From Gloeobacterales cyanobacterium (GTDB lineage: Bacteria; Cyanobacteriota; Cyanobacteriia; Gloeobacterales; PMM-0068): DNA of 25,764 bases. Location of the stretch: contig JBBRSB010000042.1 in the NCBI GenBank assembly GCA_038245785.1, forward strand, positions 1-25,764, written 5' to 3'. Numbering within the stretch: the first letter of the stretch is position 1; each line of letters opens with the position of its first letter. Below the pieces are notes generated by a model. That model was not told the origin of the DNA and did not search any database. It saw only the letters and a program-made list of their open reading frames with translations. Below, piece by piece: positions 18,747 to 25,764 of the stretch. The translations under genes were made by a program, and so were the position numbers.

Positions 18747-19253
18747 TTACTGCAAATCAATCTTGGCGTTCTCTCCACTTTTCGCTTTTTCACCCGTTAC
18801 CACCGCTTTGGCGAAACTAATTGTTTCCGCGACCCAGCCCGCTGGAGCATCCCAATATTCTGCTTTTTCCACATTCACCTTGAGCAAAGCAATATTCGGT
18901 TCATCAAGTTCCTTCGGAAACCAGGCCTTGAGCACAGGTTTCCATAGCTCCTGCATTTTCTCGCGATCTCTCACAAGCTCCGCTATACCTGAAACAGAAA
19001 CATAGCGTTGTTTGTCGGGTGCAGAGAAACTAACGTTAACTTGATGCTGACGCTCCACCTCTTCAACTTTGTGAGAACTGGCATCGGTAAAGAACCAGAT
19101 TGTCATATCCTGGTCAATCTGTCCGTTAATGGCCATTGGACGGCTGCGCAAATAGCCATTATCCATTGTTGTCAGCATGCCATATTCAATATCTTTGATC
19201 AGATCTCTCAGTTTTTGAATTTGATCACTTTGTTCTATTACAGAAGTCATCAT
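18747..19253 (-). CDS. General stress protein 26-like, pyridoxamine 5'-phosphate oxidase (FMN split-barrel) family
   Basis: GMLTT, LRSRPM, IWFFT...SHKVEE, YVSVSG, LKAWFP and AEYWD are present; GGAG RBS. Confidence 0.9.
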   Translation of the reverse strand: MMTSVIEQSDQIQKLRDLIKDIEYGMLTTMDNGYLRSRPMAINGQIDQDMTIWFFTDASSHKVEEVERQHQVNVSFSAPDKQRYVSVSGIAELVRDREKMQELWKPVLKAWFPKELDEPNIALLKVNVEKAEYWDAPAGWVAETISFAKAVVTGEKAKSGENAKIDLQ

Positions 19254-19434
19254 TGTTACGCTCCACTATTAGTTTTGATTGACGAAGTAGTGTTCTATCT
19301 ATCTGAGTTAACAAAGGCCGTGGTCGCTTCGTCTACCTGCCTGGTGATTGCTAAAGCATGGTCGTGGTCCGCAACAGATAACAGAAAATACATATTTATC
19401 TCCACCAAGCCGCTTCAATCTGGAAGGCTTCGCT

Positions 19435-19478
19435 AATCTATCAACAATTATCAAACTCGTCGTCTAACTTATGGATGA
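19435..19478 (-). promoter_or_regulatory. Candidate activator-dependent promoter: 16-bp quasi-palindrome + 22 nt + -10
   Basis: Minus strand reads TCATCCATAAGTTAGA (19478-19463), a 22-nt spacer, then TAGATT (19440-19435). Confidence 0.45.
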
Positions 19479-19800
19479 TGTTCCCCCGGTCATCGCATAA
19501 GCTTCGGGATGTATAGTTTAAAGCCCTCCAAAGCGCGTGACCACTTCAAAGGGCGAGGGATAAATCCCTGCTGTTTCACCAAAACCCCTAACCACAGAGG
19601 CAGAAACGATTCAGCCCATCTATACTAACGGATCTTGGATGTTAACCTTTATGCGAGTTCTACTTTGGATGGGTGGTGACCCAAGCGTTTGCTCAGTATC
19701 TTTCGACCCAGGTCTATTTGGTCTACCTAGCCTATAAGGTCTAACCAGCTAGCAGGCCTTACTCGTCGCGTAAAATGCTATTCAAGGTCCTAGGTTCTGC

Positions 19801-20685
19801 ATGTTTCCTGCTTTCTTACCTGCCCAAGTTCATCAATTGACGGAAGCTACTTCCATAGCGTTAGCCAAACAGATCCAAGTGCAACGTCTAACGCTTGACC
19901 CGGCAAAGCAAGAAATAGAAACCAGCTATGTGCAACAAGGACAAGGAGGCTCTCCTATCCTCTTGCTGCATGGATTTGATAGCTCAGTGATGGAATTTCG
20001 ACGTTTATTGCCGCATCTGGCCAAAGCACATGAGACCTGGGCTGTAGACATGCTGGGCTTTGGCTTTACGGAACGCAGAGGGGATATTCTCTATAGCCCG
20101 GATGCAATTAGGAAACATCTCTATAGTTTTTGGAAAACGCTCATCCAGCGACCGATGATTCTAGTAGGAGCTTCCATGGGGGGAGCTGCCGGTCTAGATT
20201 TTGCCCTTTCCTATCCTGAATGCGTAGAAAAAATAGTCTTAATCGACAGTGCTGGCTTTACGAATGGAGTGCCCCTGATCGCTCGCTATTTGTTTCCACC
20301 TTTTGACCATGTAGCGGTTGAATTTTTGAAAAGTCCGAAATTACGTCAACGAGTAAGTGAACTTTCCTATGTTGATAAATCCTTAGCCTCTGTAGATGCA
20401 CTCATGTGTGGTTCGCTCCATCTTGAGCAGAAAGGTTGGCATCAAGCGATTATCAAGTTCATGAAAAGCGGGGGTTATCCCTATCTGGGAGACAGAATTA
20501 AGCAACTGTCCCCAAGTGTCCTAATCCTATGGGGAGAAAAAGACCAGATTCTCGATCCTCAGGATGCGCATAAATTTGAAGAAAGATTGCCTGACAGCAA
20601 GCTGATTTGGATACCGGAATCTGGTCACGTTTCCCATCTGGAAAAGCCGGAATTCGTTGCAGAAAAGATTCTCCAATTTGCCTGA
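19801..20685 (+). CDS. Alpha/beta fold hydrolase
   Basis: LLHGFDSS, DMLGFG, nucleophile GASMGG, WGEKD and GHVSHLE are present. Confidence 0.93.
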   Translation: MFPAFLPAQVHQLTEATSIALAKQIQVQRLTLDPAKQEIETSYVQQGQGGSPILLLHGFDSSVMEFRRLLPHLAKAHETWAVDMLGFGFTERRGDILYSPDAIRKHLYSFWKTLIQRPMILVGASMGGAAGLDFALSYPECVEKIVLIDSAGFTNGVPLIARYLFPPFDHVAVEFLKSPKLRQRVSELSYVDKSLASVDALMCGSLHLEQKGWHQAIIKFMKSGGYPYLGDRIKQLSPSVLILWGEKDQILDPQDAHKFEERLPDSKLIWIPESGHVSHLEKPEFVAEKILQFA

Positions 20686-20797
20686 TTGGCGAGAGCCATG
20701 CTACCCGAATCAGTTTGGATATAAAGCTTTGCCAGAAGGGTGTATCAGTCATTGAGCATGATCATAAAATGTGAGATAACTTGAGTCGGATGACGAG

Positions 20798-21474
20798 ATG
20801 AGCGGTTTCCTTAGAACAATTGGATTTACGATTGCTTTGTTGGGCTTTATTGCGGTATTGATTGGGCTTCCTGCTTGGCTCTTTGGTGTTGTTGAGACCT
20901 GGCAGGTTATCTTTTTATCTACTAGCTATTTGTTTTTCTTTTTCGGCACGGTTTGGCGAGCAGTACGCTATGGAAAGTTAGCTAGTCGCAGTGAAGATAA
21001 GCAAGTCGAAAATATTTCGGGGAAGTTAGCCTATGTGGTCTTGCCCATTGGTCTTTTAGGAGTGCACTGCTGTCTATCTATGACTTCTCTCAATCTGGAA
21101 ATCATTCTAACCTAATGTTACTTTCTGCTTTAGCGATTACTCTAATAGTTGCCGCTATTGTTCTAAGTCAAATTGCTATTCTCACGTTAGGTAAATTCTT
21201 TGATCGACTGACAATTAAGACAGATCATCAGTTAGTTAAAGAAGGTATTTACAGTATGGTCCGTCACCCTATTTACTCCAGCTATTTATTACTCTTTACA
21301 GGATTTTGTACAATGCTCCAAAGCCTCTCAGGACTTGGCCTGCTCGCCATCATCTCTATGATTTGGTTTGGAAGCAGAATTCAGATTGAAGAAGCAATGC
21401 TGATTGATCAATTTGGGGACGAATATAGAAACTATCAGCAACAGACCAAGAGATTGATTCCTTTCGTGTATTAG
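20798..21474 (+). pseudogene. Isoprenylcysteine carboxyl methyltransferase (ICMT/STE14) family membrane protein, split by a 1-nt frameshift near 21069
   Basis: The C-terminal ORF has HQLVKEGIYSMVRHPIYS, EEAMLI and FG.EY..Y...TKRLIP. Restoring one base at CAC TG^CTG joins 20798..21115 and 21115..21474 into one reading frame. Confidence 0.8.
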
Positions 21475-21584
21475 TTGAGATCCCCCCAGCTTAAAAACAA
21501 CTTTTAAGCTGTCAGCAGCATTGCCCCCCTTCTAGGCAAAGCCTTCCCGTAAGGGTACAAGGGGGAGCGGGGGGATCTCAACTA
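21472..21584. mobile_element. MITE-like / small dispersed repeat element, 113 bp, with perfect 16-bp terminal inverted repeats
   Basis: TAGTTGAGATCCCCCC (21472-21487) pairs with GGGGGGATCTCAACTA (21569-21584). There is TA at both ends and there are internal hairpins. Confidence 0.65.
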
Positions 21585-21829
21585 TCTATTTGACCTGCGA
21601 ACTTACCATCGACTTCGGGACGAATATTTTCATAAGAAGCTTTAAGCCTATGGGTAATCTGTTCAAGATTGTCTACTTGGTAAATGGGCAGTGGGGCTTT
21701 ACCTTTGACATAACTGGCTAGCAGTACCATGGATCCTGTTGTTGAGAGTTGAATTCCTGCTACTCAAGTCCCATAAGTATGAACTTTCCAGACCAATTCT
21801 CCTAGGAGTATCGACTTTTCCTCAGGCAT
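21578..21829 (-). pseudogene. Remnant of a VOC/glyoxalase-like gene with an in-frame stop
   Basis: The frame reads MPEEKSILLGELVWKVHTYGT*VAGIQLSTTGSMVLLASYVKGKAPLPIYQVDNLEQITHRLKA..., with an internal TGA at 21766-21764. The final stop lies inside the repeat element. Confidence 0.5.
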
Positions 21830-22520
21830 CTGGAAGGAGCGTTAGTCCTTCTCTTTCTTTCTGCTTATTAGCGGTTCGAAGCTGCACATGCACTTCACTT
21901 GCAGATATGCCAATCTGTTGTTCAACTACGTTACGAATACTGGTTTGGATTTGCTCTCCCATATCCTTTATTGATTGACCGATGGATGGATTGACTTCGG
22001 CTACTCCATAGACAATTAGCCCCTGTTCACGCTGCTCTAAGCGAGGCTGAAAGCTTTCAACATTAGCCATTTGTACAACAGCTTGCTGAATAAATTCTTC
22101 GGCAACCTCTTCGGGAATCTCAATTTCTCCACCCGCATCAGACTTGATAATCAGTGTAGAGTTTGCTTTAGGAGCTTTGGGAATATGGATTTCCCTACTC
22201 ATATCGGACACGAGCATCAGGGAAGAACTTTCTTTAGGGGCTTTTGATATCAGTTGCCCTATTTCCAAGAGCAACCATACGAATCCCACAGAAGCGATAC
22301 CGATTCCAATCCCCCCTGCAGCAAGCGGGTCTGCCTCGAACCAGGCATAGAGCTCCTTCAAAAACATTTGGGGAGATTGCAGTACTATTCCCCCACGCCG
22401 CAGTAGAGCATTAGCCGTTGAATAAGAAATCTGGTTGAACACTCCAGCGACAATCCCGCTTCCTAGAAGAATCAAGAGGAAAGAGAGCGAAGTACTGATG
22501 ATTAAGTTGAAGATGCGCAT
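21822..22520 (-). CDS. Membrane protein resembling AmaP, with a C-terminal Asp23/Gls24-like domain
   Basis: Two N-terminal TM helices are followed by GEIEIPEEVAEEFIQQA...IQTSIRNVVEQQIGISASEVHVQL. ATG 22520 is preceded by a perfect TATAAT at 22551-22546; the ORF extends to 22583. Confidence 0.7.
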   Translation of the reverse strand: MRIFNLIISTSLSFLLILLGSGIVAGVFNQISYSTANALLRRGGIVLQSPQMFLKELYAWFEADPLAAGGIGIGIASVGFVWLLLEIGQLISKAPKESSSLMLVSDMSREIHIPKAPKANSTLIIKSDAGGEIEIPEEVAEEFIQQAVVQMANVESFQPRLEQREQGLIVYGVAEVNPSIGQSIKDMGEQIQTSIRNVVEQQIGISASEVHVQLRTANKQKEREGLTLLPDA

Positions 22521-22639
22521 AGCTATACCTGAAGCAGGCACCTCTATTATAAATATAGAGAATGAGGAAGAGCACTTCTCCATTCTCTATGTTAAGAGCA
22601 TTGAGAAGTTATGAGATCGGGGATTTAACGGGCAAGTGC

Positions 22640-23182
22640 TTAAGTTTTGTGTACAGATTGGTTGCCTGAAAGGGGTTGGCGGATAACTTCAACGGTTTCA
22701 ATTTTTTCTAAAGAATCGAGGATATAGATAGGTCGGAAACCTTCCTGCTCAAAGCCCGCTAAAGATTGCCTCAACTGTTGATAATGTAGTTGAACAACAG
22801 TTGCATCAACCTTACGATTGGACCGTTCTTTATTTCTTTGGATGCAAAGTGCTTCCGGGACATTGAGCACAATCGCTACAGGCAAACAGTTATATTCACG
22901 GGCTAGAGCCAAAAGCGGTTTGCGGGCTTTTAGCTCAACATTAGTGGCATCGATAACGGTTAATTTGCCTGCGGCAAGACGTTTAGCCGCTACGAAGTGT
23001 AAGACTTCAAAAGCATCTTTACTCGCTTCCTGATTGTGCTCATCATCAGAGACCATGCCTCGAAAAAAGTCTGAAGAGAGAATTTCCGTTGACTTGAAAT
23101 GCTTGAGCGCAAAGGTAGATTTCCCAGCACCAGAAGGACCGATAAGGACAACAAGTGCAAATTTAGGAATAGTTATGTTCAC
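22640..23182 (-). CDS. Stand-alone P-loop polynucleotide kinase, equivalent to the N-terminal kinase module of bacterial Pnkp (AAA_33-like)
   Basis: LVVLIGPSGAGKSTF, LSSDFFRGMVSDD, VIDATN, RNKER and EGFR are present; GTG start with AGGAGG RBS. Confidence 0.88.
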   Translation of the reverse strand: MNITIPKFALVVLIGPSGAGKSTFALKHFKSTEILSSDFFRGMVSDDEHNQEASKDAFEVLHFVAAKRLAAGKLTVIDATNVELKARKPLLALAREYNCLPVAIVLNVPEALCIQRNKERSNRKVDATVVQLHYQQLRQSLAGFEQEGFRPIYILDSLEKIETVEVIRQPLSGNQSVHKT

Positions 23183-23268
23183 TGTTGTTTTGCCCTCCTA
23201 GCTCCCATGGCGTTCGTGTAGCATCTCTATATGCTGCTGAAGAGTACGCGGCTTGGGAATTTAGCAAT

Positions 23269-23784
23269 TCACGCGAACTTTGTCAGTTCTACTCTTTCAT
23301 GCTGAAGTAGCCATTGTTTGCGCTCTAGACCACCTGCATAACCAGTCAGCTTGGCATTCGCACCGATTACCCGATGACAGGGCAACACGATTGCAACAGG
23401 ATTGAGGGAGTTTGCCATGCCGACGGCACGATACGCTGTCGGTCTTCCAATGGTCTCGGCCAAAGCTCCATAGGTCACAGCTGTTCCTGGCGGAATGGAG
23501 CGTAGTGCTAGCCAAACCTTCTGCTGAAAGGGAGTTCCACCGGTATGTACAGGGATGTGATCCAAGCTGTTGAAATCGCCTGCCAGATAGGCGCGTAGAA
23601 GGTCGCTAAATCCTTGAGGATTGGACTTCTCGATGAAGTAAATCGTCCCGTAGCGTTTCTCCAACAGCTTGATCATGCGAGACTCATACTCTGTAAAGTC
23701 AAGCGCACAGAGCTTTTCACCATCTGAAACAATTAGGATCTTTCCCATCGCGCTATCAATTTTGTCGATCAGAAGCTCAGTCAT
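23269..23784 (-). CDS. ogt: Methylated-DNA--[protein]-cysteine S-methyltransferase
   Basis: GTPFQQKVW, RAVG, active-site PCHRV and LTGYAGGLERK are present; ATGA overlap with the upstream gene. Confidence 0.96.
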   Translation of the reverse strand: MTELLIDKIDSAMGKILIVSDGEKLCALDFTEYESRMIKLLEKRYGTIYFIEKSNPQGFSDLLRAYLAGDFNSLDHIPVHTGGTPFQQKVWLALRSIPPGTAVTYGALAETIGRPTAYRAVGMANSLNPVAIVLPCHRVIGANAKLTGYAGGLERKQWLLQHERVELTKFA

Positions 23785-25295
23785 GCGGATAACATCTCCT
23801 TATGTGGCAATAGCGTTGAATCGGGCAAATCTAGGGAGGACCATAAATGCATGGCGGCATAGGCCCTCCATGGTCTCCAAGCTTGGGAACGTTCAAGAAG
23901 CTGTGCTTTGGTTACAGGATGTCCCAGAGATTCCATCGCTCTTAGCAAACCCAAATCAGCCGCAGGAAAGGCATCGGGTTCGCGTAGCGCCCGCATAGCG
24001 ATATAGTTGGCCGTCCATTCTCCAATTCCAGGCAACTGACAGAGGGTTTGAATGGCCTCATCCATAGTCTGAAAGTGGGTCAAAAGTTGAGGATTGCGAG
24101 CAACAGCTGCCGCCAAGGCCGTAATGGCGCTCGCTCTGTTTCGGGGTATTCCAAGGGATGTTAAATCAGCATCGGACAGAACTTCTGGACGGGGAAATAC
24201 AAACTGTATGCCCGTTCCTGTCCAGGGGGTAACTGCTAGCAGAGGCTCTCCATAGGTTCTTACCAGACGACCTGCCAGCGTTGTAGCCGCCGCAACACTG
24301 ACCTGTTGGCCCAAAATTGCCCGTACTGCTAATTCGAAAGGGTCCCAAGCACCCGGAATTCTCAACCCTGGTTGCAGGGCAATGATCTTGGCAAGGATTG
24401 GATCCCGTTGGAGTTGGGCAGAGATTTCGGCAACGTTTGCATTCAGATCGAACATACGCTGCAGTCGCTCCACGATTTGTGCCAGTAGCGTTACTTTAGG
24501 GAAGTAAATCTTGGCCATGAGATAGTTCTGTCCGGCAACAGGACAGATTTCAACGATACCGTGATGTCCATTCAGGGCGATGGCCCGTAGATAACGCTCA
24601 AGGTTTCCGGATTCCAGTCCTGGCGTCGCTCTAGGAAGGAGAAAGCGAATGAAAGCAGACCAACTAAAAGGTGGATTGAAGGGCAATTTTAAGGAGATGG
24701 TTGGGACACAAGGGGCATCTATTGGTTGAATTGTCTGACGCCGCAGGTCACGGGGCGATCGCTTATAGGTCTTGTAGATTACGTCATTAAAGCGACGAAT
24801 ACTTGCAAACCCAGCAGCCATGGCGACATCGGTCATAGACAGCGACGTTTCATCAATCAGCTTCTTGGCAAAGAGGAGCCGTCGTGTTTGTGCTACTGCT
24901 ATGGGTGAGGTGCCAAGGTGTTTAGCGAACAGCTGCCGCAAGTGGCGATCGCTCACACCTAATCGCGTTGCTAGGCCTCCAACCGCACCCTCATCCAACG
25001 CTCCAGCAGCAATTAAAGAAAGAGCACGAGACACAGTAGAGGTTGTCCCAACTTGGGCAAATGAGCTAGGAGCTAGCTCAGGTCTACAGCGCAAACAGGG
25101 ACGAAATCCTGCACTCTGTGCTGCCGCCGCATTCAAGAAAAATGTGCAGTTCTCTCGCTTAGGAGTGATCGCGGGACAAATGGGCCGACAGTAAATTCCT
25201 GTGGTGCAGACGGCGACAAAAAACTGTCCGTCAAAGCGAGCATCCTTGGTTTGCATCGCTCGGTAACAAACATCAGGGTCAAGATTTGGGCTCAT
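23781..25295 (-). CDS. alkA: Ada Zn-binding/AraC regulator fused to AlkA DNA-3-methyladenine glycosylase II
   Basis: TGIYCRPIC...FRPCLRCRP (Ada-N), an AraC-type HTH, an AlkA N-domain, RAILGQQVS, HhH-GPD LPGIGEWTA...DAFPAADLG and WRPWRAYA are present. Confidence 0.95.
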   Translation of the reverse strand: MSPNLDPDVCYRAMQTKDARFDGQFFVAVCTTGIYCRPICPAITPKRENCTFFLNAAAAQSAGFRPCLRCRPELAPSSFAQVGTTSTVSRALSLIAAGALDEGAVGGLATRLGVSDRHLRQLFAKHLGTSPIAVAQTRRLLFAKKLIDETSLSMTDVAMAAGFASIRRFNDVIYKTYKRSPRDLRRQTIQPIDAPCVPTISLKLPFNPPFSWSAFIRFLLPRATPGLESGNLERYLRAIALNGHHGIVEICPVAGQNYLMAKIYFPKVTLLAQIVERLQRMFDLNANVAEISAQLQRDPILAKIIALQPGLRIPGAWDPFELAVRAILGQQVSVAAATTLAGRLVRTYGEPLLAVTPWTGTGIQFVFPRPEVLSDADLTSLGIPRNRASAITALAAAVARNPQLLTHFQTMDEAIQTLCQLPGIGEWTANYIAMRALREPDAFPAADLGLLRAMESLGHPVTKAQLLERSQAWRPWRAYAAMHLWSSLDLPDSTLLPHKEMLSA

Positions 25296-25649
25296 GGCAG
25301 CAATCTAAACTTATGCCCACAGCGTAAAAGAACGAGCAAAGAACTGCTAGTCATTTCCGGAACTGGACTTAATGGTTCTCTTTTTGGCTGGAATTCTCCA
25401 ATAGATAGCTCTATGAACTCAAGCTGATAAGCTCACACGCTCTGCCAGCAGACTTCAAGAGGCTTCGAGACCATTGGCTTCATCAGTCGGTCAATCAGAT
25501 CGTGAAAGGTGAAGAAAAGTCTCTTTTCATATTAAGTTTTATTGCTTATTAAGTAAAACTAATAAGACCTATAAGTTTTGTTGTGAGCAGATAGGGGCAA
25601 GGGCGTCTCTAATAGAGAGGCACACCTACCTCAAAAAGGTATTTGACAC

Positions 25650-25764
25650 ATGACTGCTACTTTAGAGCGTCGCTCTAGTCAGGGTCTCTGGGGTCAGTTC
25701 GCTGACTGGATCACCTCCACCGATAACCGTCTTTATGTCGGTTGGTTCGGCGTCCTCATGATCC
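25650..25764 (+). CDS. psbA: Photosystem II reaction centre protein D1, 5' fragment
   Basis: Manual translation gives [38 protein letters not shown]; it is absent from the ORF track because it runs off the window. Confidence 0.97.
   Translation, partial: MTATLERRSSQGLWGQFADWITSTDNRLYVGWFGVLMI

Noticed and set aside
18541..19436. Plus-strand ORFs 18541..19005, 18663..18947 and 19008..19436
   Set aside because: They are antisense to the general stress protein gene and its promoter regions.
19468..19570. Run of small hairpins suggesting an ncRNA (HEARO/omega-RNA-like)
   Set aside because: The stems are short and imperfect, there is no iscB/tnpB nearby and no recognisable Rfam core; an Infernal search would be needed.
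25345..25370. Possible Ada box upstream of ada-alkA (minus strand AAATGACTAGCAG)
   Set aside because: Spacing and B box deviate from E. coli AAT-N6-GCAA, and the match is too short to support.
1..25764. CRISPR arrays, tRNA/rRNA genes, transposases, prophage or defence genes
   Set aside because: No regularly spaced repeats, cloverleaf or rRNA signatures, or corresponding protein motifs were seen.

Overview
This is a cyanobacterial chromosomal segment. The D1 N-terminus [14 protein letters not shown] suggests, by recall, an early-branching Gloeobacterales-like lineage. The window runs from a 3'-truncated gcvP (missing from the ORF track) to the first 38 codons of psbA. Between them lie an APC amino-acid-permease/HAMP/hybrid histidine kinase fusion, tlyA, msrA, an SDR plus Rieske-domain gene pair, general-stress-type small genes, ackA, a histidine phosphatase, a geranylgeranyl-reductase-family gene, a GT4 plus PIG-L deacetylase pair, an MFS transporter and an alpha/beta hydrolase. 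A small decay patch follows (frameshifted ICMT-family gene, MITE-like 113-bp element, VOC-like pseudogene), then an AmaP/Asp23-like gene and an ada-alkA / ogt / stand-alone Pnkp-kinase repair cluster. The most notable items are: (1) the transporter-kinase 'transceptor' directly upstream of glycine decarboxylase; (2) a 16-bp quasi-palindrome exactly 22 nt upstream of a -10 box in front of three separate stress genes; (3) a Rieske protein with an unexplained repeated His-bearing helical domain; (4) an HLR1 (RpaB-type) motif abutting the gcvP ribosome-binding site. All family assignments come from motif recognition, not database searches.
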